Below, in pieces: positions 40,435 through 51,042 of a stretch of DNA of 64,000 nucleotides. The stretch covers positions 70,334-134,333 of the forward strand of contig JBMNFY010000011.1 of NCBI GenBank assembly GCA_050949565.1, in the 5' to 3' direction. The DNA comes from Kiritimatiellia bacterium. GTDB lineage: Bacteria; Verrucomicrobiota; Kiritimatiellia; RFP12; UBA1067. The translations under genes were made by a program, and so were the position numbers. The number at the start of each line of letters is the position of its first letter. Position 1 is the stretch's first letter. The notes under the pieces were generated by a model. That model was not told the DNA's origin, ran no database searches, and saw only the letters and a program-made list of their open reading frames with translations.

Positions 40435-43122
40435 ATGAGATGTTCGTTTCTGTTTCTCGCGACATGCCTCGCGCTGCGCGCATACGTCCTCCCGGCGGCT
40501 GCCCAGGAGACCGATCCCGGACGCGCGCCGACCGGCGTCATCACGCGCCCCGGCGACTTGTTGAAAGAGGCCGACGGCACGGAGTTCCGTTTCGCGTATT
40601 TCCCGTCGTCCGATCGGCTGCGCCTGCTTGTCCTGCAAAAAACGCCTGCCTTCTCGCGATGGGATGTTGCGCTCAGACGTAAGGGCGACGACCGCGTTCT
40701 CTCCCGTTACGGCGGCGCGCTCCCCATGCCCACCGCAGGCGAGACCGTCTCGGCCCCGATGCTGGACGAAGGCGTGTATGAACTCACCTTGAACCTGACA
40801 GCGCCGGACGGTAAGCAACGCGACATCACGCGTACCTTCACGCGCAAACATTTCCCTTGGGAAAACTCCACACTGGGTAGCGAAAGAATTGTCATCCCGC
40901 CCTTCACGCCGATGACCGTGGATAAAAAGCGCGCCAGCGTTTCCTGTGTCCTGCGCACCCACGACATCGACGGCAACGGCCTGTGGAAGCAGGTGACCAG
41001 TCAAGGCGTCCCCTTGCTGGAGGCCCCCATGCGTCTGGAAATCGAATCCGCTGGCAAAGACTACACGGCCCAAGGCGGCAAGGTGACCTTCACGGAAAAA
41101 GCGGCGGACCGCGTACAGGGCCATGCGTCATGGCACGCCGGGCCGGTGCGTGGACGCACCGACTTCTCCGTCGAATACGACGGTGTGGCGAAACTTTCGC
41201 TTCGGCTCGAACCGGCCCAGGAACGCGTGGACGCCCTGCGTCTGGTTATCCCCCTTCGGACAAGTGAGACGTGGCTCATGCACCCCGTAACCGACCTGCT
41301 GCGCTTTCACTACGCGGGCCGCATCCCGGACGGCGCGGGCATTCTCTGGGAATACAGCGGCAAGACCAACACGGTGCGCTACACCGAGACGGGGAAACCC
41401 GACGTCGACGGCAAGGTGTGGGACTCGCGTCATGTGGGACGCCACCAATTGCCCGCCCCGTTCGTGCCCTACATCTGGATGGGCGGCACTGAGCGCGGGA
41501 TCTGTTGGTTCGCCGAGAACGACCGTGACTGGAACCTCGACCCGCAGCGTCCCGCCCTCGAAATCAGACGACAGGGCGAGACCACCTCGCTGGTCGTCCA
41601 TCTCTTCACGCGCCCCACATCCCTGACACGCCCGCGCACCCTCACCTTCGGGCTGATGGCCACGCCGGCCAAGCCGATGCCCGAAACGCCCGTGAACTTC
41701 CGGCGCTGGTTTCCCGGGGCGCAGGTCACCAATACCGAGCAGGTGGTGAATTTCGGATTCATGCCTGCCTGCTACTACTGGGGCGCGGCGGGGCCCAGCT
41801 TCGCATTCTATCCCGCCTTCAAGAATTTTTCCGTCTATGACGAGTTCGTCCGTCTGCGCAAAGGCGGAACCGCCGACTTCGCGTTCACCGAGAATTGGCT
41901 CAAGCAGTTCCAGGCCGCCGAATTCACGTCGCGCCTCGACGAGCACGGACATCCCCCGAACATCGTCACCTACCGCAACCACATCGACTGGTCGCTGCGC
42001 TTTTTCAACAAGGGCGCGTGGTCGTCGCAACCCGAAAAAGGGCGCACGGGGTGGGTCATCCCCTACACAAATGCGCGCGCGATCAACTGGGGCGAAGAGG
42101 CGGAGACCTTCATGGACGAGTGGAGCACCATGGACATCGCCGACCCGCGCTGGCCGGGCGAGGAGCGCTTCATACGCGGCAAAGACAGTATCTGCCGCCT
42201 CGCGCGCTACGGCAAGGTCTCGATCCCCGGCGAAACCTCGGGCATCGCCTACGCTATCGATCCTTTGCCGAGCTGGCAGAACATGGTCCTGCACTACTTG
42301 AAGCGCATGATGGAAACCTTTGCGGACGGCATTTACTTCGACGACTTCTTCCTCTCGCCGAACTACACGCCAACCGGCCCGGGTTACGTGGCCGAAGACG
42401 GCACGCTCCGTCCCGGAGTCAACATCTTCGGCTTCCGCGAGTTGACCCGGCGCACCGCCGTGATGCAGCACCAGATGGGGCGCCGTCCGCTGCTGTTCAT
42501 CCATATGACCAACGCCAACCTCATCCCGCTGCTCTCCTTCGGCACGATCATTCTGGATCACGAATGGCGCGACCAAGGCGCATTCAAAGACAAGGACTGC
42601 CAAGAGCGACTCTATCTTGACGGCGACACAAGCCTGCTGCTCGCGCAAAGCACCGGCCTGCAGAGCGGCTGCCTCAGCGTCTGGCACAACCTCTTCCACG
42701 GCGACGAGCGCATCACGCGCAGCGCACTGGGCGTGTCGCTCACGCACGAGATCAAGTGCGGCCTCTGGTACGGCCCGCTCCACGTGCGCACCACCGCGCT
42801 GCTGGCGAACTTCGGATACGGTCTGCCCGACTGCCGCGTCTGGCGCTACTGGGACGCGAACCAGCCTGTAAAGACCGAAGGCGCACCGGCGAAAACAATC
42901 GTGATGGCGCGCGCGGGACGCGCACTCCTCGCCGTCTCAAGTTACGGTCCGGGAGGCGATGTCTCGCTCGCGCTCGATTTGGCGGCACTCGGGGTGCCCG
43001 CCGATGCCGTAGCCCGCAACGCCGAAACCGGCGAGCCCATCGAACGCACAGCCGGAGGGCGGTTCAAGCTGTCCCTTCCGCGCCATGACTTCCGCCTGAT
43101 CGAGGTCGGGCCAGGACAGTAA
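40435..43122 (+). CDS. Large secreted hypothetical protein, probable glycoside hydrolase-like (beta-sandwich plus TIM barrel)
   Basis: Signal peptide, DGIYFDD motif, aromatic-rich; family assignment is inference. Confidence 0.7.
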   Translation: MRCSFLFLATCLALRAYVLPAAAQETDPGRAPTGVITRPGDLLKEADGTEFRFAYFPSSDRLRLLVLQKTPAFSRWDVALRRKGDDRVLSRYGGALPMPTAGETVSAPMLDEGVYELTLNLTAPDGKQRDITRTFTRKHFPWENSTLGSERIVIPPFTPMTVDKKRASVSCVLRTHDIDGNGLWKQVTSQGVPLLEAPMRLEIESAGKDYTAQGGKVTFTEKAADRVQGHASWHAGPVRGRTDFSVEYDGVAKLSLRLEPAQERVDALRLVIPLRTSETWLMHPVTDLLRFHYAGRIPDGAGILWEYSGKTNTVRYTETGKPDVDGKVWDSRHVGRHQLPAPFVPYIWMGGTERGICWFAENDRDWNLDPQRPALEIRRQGETTSLVVHLFTRPTSLTRPRTLTFGLMATPAKPMPETPVNFRRWFPGAQVTNTEQVVNFGFMPACYYWGAAGPSFAFYPAFKNFSVYDEFVRLRKGGTADFAFTENWLKQFQAAEFTSRLDEHGHPPNIVTYRNHIDWSLRFFNKGAWSSQPEKGRTGWVIPYTNARAINWGEEAETFMDEWSTMDIADPRWPGEERFIRGKDSICRLARYGKVSIPGETSGIAYAIDPLPSWQNMVLHYLKRMMETFADGIYFDDFFLSPNYTPTGPGYVAEDGTLRPGVNIFGFRELTRRTAVMQHQMGRRPLLFIHMTNANLIPLLSFGTIILDHEWRDQGAFKDKDCQERLYLDGDTSLLLAQSTGLQSGCLSVWHNLFHGDERITRSALGVSLTHEIKCGLWYGPLHVRTTALLANFGYGLPDCRVWRYWDANQPVKTEGAPAKTIVMARAGRALLAVSSYGPGGDVSLALDLAALGVPADAVARNAETGEPIERTAGGRFKLSLPRHDFRLIEVGPGQ

Positions 43123-43128
43123 TCGGTT

Positions 43129-45987
43129 ATGAGCATGCCTTTAACACGGACATTTATCGGATGGGAGCGGCCGCTTTGCGAGACCGTGCCCGCCTTTTTG
43201 TTGGCGCAGGCGGACGGCGGCCTGCTGGATCTGCGCCGTACCGTCGTGATCGCGCCGACCCGCCAGTCGAGCTGGCGGCTGCGCGGCGCACTGCCGCTGG
43301 CCGCAGACGCGCGGGGCGTCGCCTGCATCGGGCCGGAGATCGTCACGCCGCCCGTCTTGCTGGCACCGCCGCAAGCGCCGGGCATGGCGTCGGGCTTCCG
43401 AAGTCTGCTCGCTTGGACGGCTGTGCTCAAAGCGGCCGGACCGGATGAGTTCCGCGCTTTTCTCGGGGCCGGCGACAAGCGTCCGGCTACAACCGCATGG
43501 GCGTTGCAAATCGCCCGCCAGCTTCAGCAGTTGCGGAAGGAACTGGCCGACGGCGGCCTCACCTTGGCGGACGTTGCTGATCTCGACGACGCCTTCGAGG
43601 AGACCGAGCGCTGGGCCGATATGAAAGCGCTCGAAGGCCGTTACCGTGAGCAGGTAACGGCGTGGGGACTGCGCGATGCGGTCGACGCCAAACTCGCCCA
43701 TGTCCGTGACAGCGCGCGGCCGGCGGAAGTCGAGCGCATCATCGTGGCCGCTGTGCCTGATCCCCCCCGGTTGCTCGAAAAGCTGCTGGCGCGTTGGGCC
43801 GAGGACGGCGCCATCGTGGACATCCTCATCGCAGCGCCCGAGAGCGAGGCCGCCGCGTTCGACGCCTGGGGACGTCCCGTGCCGGATGCGTGGGCGCGTC
43901 GACCCATCGCGTTGAACGACGAGGATCTGTGGCTGGAGGCCACGCCCGATGACCAGGCCGCACGCATCGCTCAGTCGGTGGCGGAAGCGCTGAAGGCGCA
44001 GCCCTGCCCTGCCGCATCGCGGCCGCAACTTGCCATCGGCGTTCCCGACCGCGAAACCGTCGCGCCGCTGCAGCGCGCGCTGGCGGATCTCGGCCTTCCG
44101 GCTTTCGATCCGCAGAACCAACCCTTCACGCAAACGCCGCTCGCTCGGCTCGTGCATGCGCTGCTCGACCTGCGCGCTTCTGACGGCTATGCCGAGGTCG
44201 CCGCCCTCTTGCGCCATCCGGATGTCTTGGACGCGATCGGCGACGGCACTGACGTGCTGCGGAAGCTTGATGCGTTTCAGTCCGAGTTCCTGCCGGTCAC
44301 GCTGGACGACCTTCACGAACGGGGAGCCGCAGACCCTAGACATCAACCGCCCGCAGTGCCGCAACATGCCGTGACGCTGGTGCGGGCGTGGCGCGAGCAC
44401 CTGACGCAGGGCGATCTGGCAGCGAGATTGCGCACGGTCTTGCAGCAGATTTACCAACCGCGCCTGCTTGATTCAACCAACCGGGCGGACGCGGCCTTTC
44501 AACAAGCCGTCACCATTTTCGATGATTGCCTGCGCGAATTGGAAGAGGCCGGGGCAGACGCGCGGGGCAGTCAGGACGGTGCCGACATCCTGCTCGCCCG
44601 CCTGCACGAGAGCAGCGTCAAGCCTGAACGGCAAGGCGAGCCGCTCGATCTCGAAGGGTGGCTGGAACTGGCGTGGAACCCCGCGCCGCTGCTCTTTGTG
44701 GCCGGTATGAATGAAGGCTTTGTGCCTGACGGCCACATGGGCGACATTTTCCTGCCGGACTCGCTGCGCACCCGGCTTGGTCTGCGCGACGACCGCCTAC
44801 GCGTAGCACGCGATGCCTACGTGCTGGAAGCATTGATCGCGCAACGCCGCAGCGGAGGACGCGTGATCCTGATTGTCGGCAAGACCTCCGCTGGCGGCGA
44901 CCCGCTCCGCCCCTCGCGTCTGCTCTTCCGGTGCCCCGACTCCGAGCTGGTAGCGCGCGCGAAAAAACTTTTCCGCGAGATACCACCGCCGGGCACGGCA
45001 TCGGCCTTCACCATCGGCTTCAAACTCGACCCGGGGCGCGTACCGTCCGACAGCCTCAACCAACGGCGCAAGCAGGTGTTGAGTCCGACGCTGTTCCGCG
45101 ACTATCTGGAAAGTCCGCTCCTGTTCTACCTGAAGCATGTGCTCGACATGGAGCCGCAGGACGACCGCGAACGCGAGCTGGACGCGCTGGCCTTCGGCAC
45201 CCTGATTCACGCCGTCCTCGACCAGATGGCCGCTGACCGCAGCCTGTGGGCGTGCGACGACGCCGAGCGGCTGGGACGCTGGATGGAGGACAAGCTACGG
45301 GAACTGATGCGTGCGCGTTACGGCGCACGGCCTTGGCTGGGCGTTGAACTGGCCGTCAACAGCGCCGTGCAACGGCTCAAGATGTTCGCCGAAAAGCAAG
45401 TCGCCTGGCACGCCGACGGCTGGGAGATCATCCAGCACGAAGAGCACAGGGGCAAACACATCGAGATCAACGGCGTCACCGTCCGCGGCCAGATCGACCG
45501 CATTGACAAAAGGATTGAAGACGGGAAGGCGGTCTACTGCATACTCGACTACAAAACTTCAGACAAGGCGAAGACGCCGTCGGAAGCGCATGTGGGGCCG
45601 TCCTTCGGCGACAATGAATTTTTAGCGGCGGCGCAGATTCCCAAGGGGCTTATTGCAAACAGCAAAACCGACAAACGTTGGGTCGATTTGCAGTTGCCGC
45701 TGTACCGCGAGCTTGCCAAGCAGGAGTGCCCGGGCGAGATCCGGCTCGGCTACGTCAGCCTGTCGAGCGCGTTGGGCAGCGTCGCATTCAACCTGTGGGA
45801 TACCTACACGGACGCGCTGCATGCCTCCGCCATGACCTGCGTCGAAGCTGTTGTCGAACGCATCAAGGCGGGTGATTTCCAGCAAGCGGGGCGTCCTCGG
45901 TTTGTGGCTGACTTCGCCGGTGTGCTGCTCGGCGACGCCGCGAAAACCATCGAGCCGCCGACATGTCCTTGGAGGGCCGACGCATGA
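43129..45987 (+). CDS. AddB-like PD-(D/E)XK nuclease subunit
   Basis: Inactive helicase-like N-part, FGTLIHAVL, GQIDRID, ILDYKTS, DLQLPLY; overlaps the UvrD gene. Confidence 0.85.
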   Translation: MSMPLTRTFIGWERPLCETVPAFLLAQADGGLLDLRRTVVIAPTRQSSWRLRGALPLAADARGVACIGPEIVTPPVLLAPPQAPGMASGFRSLLAWTAVLKAAGPDEFRAFLGAGDKRPATTAWALQIARQLQQLRKELADGGLTLADVADLDDAFEETERWADMKALEGRYREQVTAWGLRDAVDAKLAHVRDSARPAEVERIIVAAVPDPPRLLEKLLARWAEDGAIVDILIAAPESEAAAFDAWGRPVPDAWARRPIALNDEDLWLEATPDDQAARIAQSVAEALKAQPCPAASRPQLAIGVPDRETVAPLQRALADLGLPAFDPQNQPFTQTPLARLVHALLDLRASDGYAEVAALLRHPDVLDAIGDGTDVLRKLDAFQSEFLPVTLDDLHERGAADPRHQPPAVPQHAVTLVRAWREHLTQGDLAARLRTVLQQIYQPRLLDSTNRADAAFQQAVTIFDDCLRELEEAGADARGSQDGADILLARLHESSVKPERQGEPLDLEGWLELAWNPAPLLFVAGMNEGFVPDGHMGDIFLPDSLRTRLGLRDDRLRVARDAYVLEALIAQRRSGGRVILIVGKTSAGGDPLRPSRLLFRCPDSELVARAKKLFREIPPPGTASAFTIGFKLDPGRVPSDSLNQRRKQVLSPTLFRDYLESPLLFYLKHVLDMEPQDDRERELDALAFGTLIHAVLDQMAADRSLWACDDAERLGRWMEDKLRELMRARYGARPWLGVELAVNSAVQRLKMFAEKQVAWHADGWEIIQHEEHRGKHIEINGVTVRGQIDRIDKRIEDGKAVYCILDYKTSDKAKTPSEAHVGPSFGDNEFLAAAQIPKGLIANSKTDKRWVDLQLPLYRELAKQECPGEIRLGYVSLSSALGSVAFNLWDTYTDALHASAMTCVEAVVERIKAGDFQQAGRPRFVADFAGVLLGDAAKTIEPPTCPWRADA

Positions 45988-48900
45988 ACCTCGTTCAGAA
46001 CCGCTCCATCTCCGCTTCGGCCGGAACCGGCAAGACCTTCCGCCTCGCCCACCGCTACATCGGCCTGATGGCCGCCGGCGTGGCGCCGGATCGCATCTGC
46101 GCGCTCACCTTTTCCCGCAAGGCGGCGGGCGAGATTTTCGATAAGATCGTCGAACATCTTTGCGCGGCCGTGACCGACGATAAAAAGCGCGGCCAAACCG
46201 CCGCAACGATTGAAAAGGAAGGGTTTGCTCCCCCCGACCAGGCGGACGACTACCTGCGCCTGTTGCGCACCCTGCTCGACCACGGCCACCGCCTGCGGAT
46301 CGGCACGCTCGACAGCTTTATCCTCGGCGTCGTGCGCGCCTTCCCGCTGGAGCTGGGCGTGCCACCCGAAACGCGCCCCATGGATAACAACGGCGGCGAG
46401 GCCGAAGCCACGCGCCTATCCATTCTGACCCGCCTTCTCGATCCGCGATCCCCGCTCGAAGCGAACTGGCAGGAGGCGTTCCTGAGCGCCTTCCGCATGT
46501 CGCAACACGGACGCGAGACCAAGCGGCTGTTGTCCGTCCTGAATAAACTGATCATGGACTACCACGCCTTTTATCGGGCACACGGCGCACAGGCGTGGCA
46601 CTGGGGCGACCCAGAACGCATCTGGCCACAAGCCGACCGCTGGTGGGAGACCGGCCCCAGCGATCCGCCGCCCGATACGCTAGCCGAAAGTCTGCGCACG
46701 GTGTTCGGCGATGCAAGCCGACCGGCCAAGCTCGGCAACCAAATTGCGGAAATCGTAACCGCCGCCCTGTCGCACGCGATCGACAAGCCATGGCCGAAGA
46801 GGGACGACAAAGCCTCGCTTCAACTTCTGCAGAACGCCGCCAGCCCCCAGCCGCCCACGCTCGTCTACTACAACAAAGAGTACCCGCTTCCCCAGCCGTT
46901 ATGGGACGGCGTGCGGTTTGCGCTGTGCCATGCGATCGATGTGGAGATCAAGCGCGCACTGAGGCAGACACAGGGGCTGCGTGCCGTGCTCGCCCGTTAT
47001 GATGAAAGCTACGCCGCCGCGCAGACACGCGACGGGCACTTCACCTTTGAAGACCTTTCGCGCCTTCTCGGCTCCGACAACCACGCGCCCAGCCGCGTCC
47101 CCGACGCAGCGAACCGGCTCTACATCGACTACCGTCTGGATGGCAAGTTGGATCACTGGCTGATGGATGAGTTCCAAGACACGAGCGACACGCAATGGGC
47201 CGCGCTCGCGAACCTCGTGGACGAAGTCATCCAGGACGACGCGCGCTCCTTTTTCTTCGTGGGCGATATCAAGCAGTCGATTTACGGGTGGCGCGGCGGC
47301 AACTACCGTCTCTTCAACAAGATTCAGGAGAAGTATCAGGGCGGTGGCGCGCGCGCCATCGTCAGCGAGTCGATCCAAACATGCCACCGCTCGTTGCCGG
47401 CCATCATTGACGTCGTCAACCAGACATTCGATGATCTCGCCGCTTGGACGCCGTCCATCGGTGAACAGGCGGGGTTGCGTGCCGCTGCCGTCCAAGCCTT
47501 TGCCCGCGCCTGGACGTACCACGAAAGCGCAAGGACAAACGAAGGGGCGGGGTTCGTTTCGCTGCTCGAATACGAACCCCCGAAAACAAATGCAGCGCCG
47601 CCGACCGAATCCGACGATGGCGAAGAAGATGCCGGATGTCCCGCCCAGTTCGAGGCTGTCGCGGCGATCCTGAAACAGACCCAGCCCTTCGAGCGCGGAC
47701 TGACAGCCGCCGTGCTCGTGCGCAACAACAAGACCGGCCGTGCGTGTGTGGATGCGCTCCGACGCCTGCTGCCGGATGTGCCGTGCGTGCATGAAGGCAA
47801 AGGCGGCATCACCGACAATCCGGTCGTGACCCTGCTGCTGGCACTGGTCCATTACGCCACGCACCCCGGCGACACGGTCGCCCTGCGCCATCTCCAGATG
47901 AGTCCGTTGGGAAGCGCCTGCGCAGACATCGGATACAACGCGCTGCCGGTGGTCTTATTGCGATCGCTTCAGATGCGCGGGTTCGCCGCCACGCTACGTG
48001 AATGGGGCGAAAAGCTGGGCGACTTGGACTCCTTCAGTCAGCGACGCCTGAGTGAGTTTTTGGCGGCCGCCGAAAGTTTCGATGCGCTGGGCGTGTGCGA
48101 CCCCGACCGCTTCACGGATCATATCGAATCCTATGAGACCCGATCCGACGCCGCCGCAGGTTCGGTACGCGTGATGACCGTCCATCAGGCCAAGGGGCTG
48201 GGATTCGATCTGGTCGTGATCCCCTTCGAGGCCCGGCGCGACAGCTTTGAAAAACCGAAAACGCCGCAACTTCTGGCGGGCGACGACTGGGTGCTCAACC
48301 CGCCGAACCGTCAAGTGCTGGACGCCGCAGGCGGCGCACCGGTGGACGCCTACGACGCCGCGCGCGCCGACGCAAACTTCGCCCAGCTCTGTGTACTCTA
48401 CGTGGCCATGACCCGCGCCCAGCGGGCGATGTACTTGGTTGTGCCGAAGAGGGCGAAAAACCCGACCACCGCCAGCGAGGTCGATTTGCTGCGCGAGCGC
48501 TTGCAGTCCGACGTTCCTCCGGATGTGGGGCCAGGCGGATTCACGCAGCTCTACACTCACGGCGACCCTGATTGGTTCCAGCAACACCAAGCACCGACAG
48601 CCGACGCGCCGGAGAGTCCAGCCGCACCGCTCCGTATTGGGTTTACGACCGACATCATTTTGCGCGAACCTTCAAAAGAACACCTCGATGGTCACACCTT
48701 CCCGGCCCAGTGGTTGTTCAATGCTGAGGCTGGCGACGTACGCGCCTTCGGCTCCGCCATCCACCGCCTTTTCCAAAAGATCGCGTGGCTTGAAGAGACC
48801 GACATCGAGCGCGTCATCACCGAGTGGCGGCAAGAGTCCGCAGAGTCCGCAATTTTGCTGGGTGATGTCGAACGCCAGTTCAGAGCGTGCCTGCAAAACA

Positions 48901-49250
48901 GCGAGGTACAAAAAGCGCTCTCGAGACCTACCGCAGGAAGAGCGGAAGTTTGGATCGAAGCTCCGTTCAACCTGCTGGTTAACATCGACGGGCAAAAGCA
49001 ACTCATGAGCGGACGCTTCGACCGCCTCGTGATTGAGAGAGACGCGGCGGGATGCCCCGTACACGCGACGATCATCGACTTCAAGAGTAACCGCATCGCC
49101 ACGGAACAGCAGATTCAAGAAACCGCCCGCGGCTACGCTGGCCAGATGTGCGACTACGCCCGCGCCGCCGCGCAACTTCTCGGCCTGTCTCCCGAGCACG
49201 TCACCCCTACCCTGCTCTTCACGCGGCTGGGGCGGATTGTCTTATTGTGA
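45984..49250 (+). CDS. AddA-like UvrD helicase-nuclease
   Basis: ASAGTGKT, DEFQDT, GDIKQSIYGWRG, LYVAMTRA, C-terminal GRFDRL..IIDFKS. Confidence 0.9.
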   Translation: MNLVQNRSISASAGTGKTFRLAHRYIGLMAAGVAPDRICALTFSRKAAGEIFDKIVEHLCAAVTDDKKRGQTAATIEKEGFAPPDQADDYLRLLRTLLDHGHRLRIGTLDSFILGVVRAFPLELGVPPETRPMDNNGGEAEATRLSILTRLLDPRSPLEANWQEAFLSAFRMSQHGRETKRLLSVLNKLIMDYHAFYRAHGAQAWHWGDPERIWPQADRWWETGPSDPPPDTLAESLRTVFGDASRPAKLGNQIAEIVTAALSHAIDKPWPKRDDKASLQLLQNAASPQPPTLVYYNKEYPLPQPLWDGVRFALCHAIDVEIKRALRQTQGLRAVLARYDESYAAAQTRDGHFTFEDLSRLLGSDNHAPSRVPDAANRLYIDYRLDGKLDHWLMDEFQDTSDTQWAALANLVDEVIQDDARSFFFVGDIKQSIYGWRGGNYRLFNKIQEKYQGGGARAIVSESIQTCHRSLPAIIDVVNQTFDDLAAWTPSIGEQAGLRAAAVQAFARAWTYHESARTNEGAGFVSLLEYEPPKTNAAPPTESDDGEEDAGCPAQFEAVAAILKQTQPFERGLTAAVLVRNNKTGRACVDALRRLLPDVPCVHEGKGGITDNPVVTLLLALVHYATHPGDTVALRHLQMSPLGSACADIGYNALPVVLLRSLQMRGFAATLREWGEKLGDLDSFSQRRLSEFLAAAESFDALGVCDPDRFTDHIESYETRSDAAAGSVRVMTVHQAKGLGFDLVVIPFEARRDSFEKPKTPQLLAGDDWVLNPPNRQVLDAAGGAPVDAYDAARADANFAQLCVLYVAMTRAQRAMYLVVPKRAKNPTTASEVDLLRERLQSDVPPDVGPGGFTQLYTHGDPDWFQQHQAPTADAPESPAAPLRIGFTTDIILREPSKEHLDGHTFPAQWLFNAEAGDVRAFGSAIHRLFQKIAWLEETDIERVITEWRQESAESAILLGDVERQFRACLQNSEVQKALSRPTAGRAEVWIEAPFNLLVNIDGQKQLMSGRFDRLVIERDAAGCPVHATIIDFKSNRIATEQQIQETARGYAGQMCDYARAAAQLLGLSPEHVTPTLLFTRLGRIVLL

Positions 49251-49541
49251 CCACGCAGTGGCTCGCGCAGCGCGTCGATTTAGGATTGAGGAGTTAGGAT
49301 TTTCCACTTCTGAGTTCGATGTTCTGGGTTCTACGTTCTGAGTTCACAAAAGTAGCGGCGTGACCGCCGCCGGGCAAGCAGACGCTTGCCCCTCCCGGCG
49401 CTTCGCGAACCGACGAAGGACGGGAGGGCGAGTGTCCCCACGAGCCGCACTTCGTCGCGACACTTCGTCGTTTACACCTAGTCCAAACACTTTGTCGCTA
49501 GCGCAATCGACTAAGTGTAGCGACTAAGCGTAACCGACTAA

Positions 49542-50485
49542 GGGCTTATCCGTAAATAACCATCACCTTGTTGAGAGTAATCATACCCGCAGCCAGATGT
49601 AGGAGCGCGTAATATGAAAGGTCGGCCTTCTCGTACCGCTTATCGATCTTCCGAAAGCGGTTCGTCCATGAATGGTTTGCCTCTACGACCCATCTTCGCG
49701 CCTTGAACTCTGGATTGCGTTTTATTTCTGCAGCCTCTTTGTTTCGCGGGCTAATGTGCGGAATATATCCCCACGCGGCCACGATATCGCCCTTGCCTGT
49801 ATATGCTGCATCAAGACAGAGGTTTTCGATCACGCCTTCGCCGCCAGACTCAGGCGGCTGCCGCACAACCTTGGCGGCGAGAAGCGCGTCAATTTCCTTG
49901 CTGTCATGTACGTTGGCTCCGGTTACGACGATCGACAGCGGGACGCCACGCCCGTCGGCGAGGACGTGGCGCTTGGTACCTTTTTTTCCCCCTGTCCGTT
50001 GGGTTGGGCCCTACGGATTCGCGTGCCAGCGGTGCTTTATTGTTAGTGCTGTCGGCAGATTGCCACTCCCAGGCGATACCTTCGAGATCATCGTATTCGG
50101 CGAGCCCCTTGCGCCAGATCGCCAGGAAAAATCCCGCCCCGGCCCACTCCTGAAAGCGCTTGTGCACTGCCGAACTGCCCAATCCCCCGAACTTTTCACG
50201 AGGAAGCGCGTTCCAGATGAGCCCGTTGCGAAGAACGTAGACAATCGCCTCGAAGTAAAGCCGGTCGCTGTAGATCGGCTTCCTGCCGCCGCCGGGCTTT
50301 CGCTTGTACGTGCGGGATGGATCCCTGCGCGTCTCCGGCAGCAGCGGCTCGACCAGAGCCCAAAACTCGTCACTAATCTCCCAAGTGCGTATTCTCGCCA
50401 TCTGATTGTCCTCCTGATGTGGTTGGTTGGCGGGAATTTTATCAGGAAACGCTGGGAAATGAAACAATTATTTGCGGATAAGCCC
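49542..50485 (-). mobile_element. IS5-family insertion sequence, complete
   Basis: IRs GGGCTTATCCGTAAATAA / TTATTTGCGGATAAGCCC (17/18 match); duplicated TAA (or CTAAG if the ends are drawn 1 bp inward). Confidence 0.93.
49546..50401 (-). CDS. IS5-family transposase in two frames joined at a G5A7 tract (49981-49992)
   Basis: Frame 1 WEISDEFWALVEPLLP...GPNPTDRGKK; next frame GTKRHVLADGRGVPL...LDAAY...RWVVEANHSW. Confidence 0.88.
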
Positions 50486-50600
50486 TAAGTGTGTGGAACT
50501 AAGTGTTTCCGTGCGTTGCGCGGAGGGAAAGCGGTGCCGCAACCCGCGCACAGCGCGGCTCTTGTCACCGCACTCCAAGACGGAGACCTTTCGCCCCCCT

Positions 50601-51014
50601 TCAAACAGGTGTGCCGGGATGAAAAATGCCGTGCTCAAACAGGTAGCGTTCGGCGTCTTCTTTGCTACGCGGCTTTACGGACATGAGCGGCCCCTCGTCA
50701 AAACTGAATGTCCGATCGCCGGGTGCCGTATGACGCCGAGCCCACTCCGCGCCGTCTTTTCCGATGAAGGGGTTATACCCCTCGAACGCTTCGACATACG
50801 CCGCCACGAGCTGGGCGTCGTCACAGAGGGTCTTCCCACCCACGGGTTCGTCAAAACATACTACTCCCTTAGTGAACGGAACAGTCGGTTTGAAACCGCC
50901 GGTCAATATTCCAATACCGCAACGCGCCGTGAACGTCCATCCACACTCATCTTTGGTCAAAGAAAAGTCATATACCCCTTTCACGTCGTGTAAGATGATG
51001 TCATCAAAAGCCAT
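50601..51014 (-). CDS. Orphan hypothetical protein
   Basis: GAGGGAG RBS before ATG, 137-aa open frame co-oriented with the RM remnant; no family recognised. Confidence 0.5.
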   Translation of the reverse strand: MAFDDIILHDVKGVYDFSLTKDECGWTFTARCGIGILTGGFKPTVPFTKGVVCFDEPVGGKTLCDDAQLVAAYVEAFEGYNPFIGKDGAEWARRHTAPGDRTFSFDEGPLMSVKPRSKEDAERYLFEHGIFHPGTPV

Positions 51015-51042
51015 GGCTCTCCCTCAGATTTCGTCAACGTCG

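Larger units (their letters stand above)
49242..50576. repeat. Composite repeat element (hairpin, TTAGGA, GTTCT heptamers, REP doublet, GACTAAG array, REP) interrupted by IS5
   Basis: Colinear with 31655-31950 after removing the IS. Confidence 0.88.
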
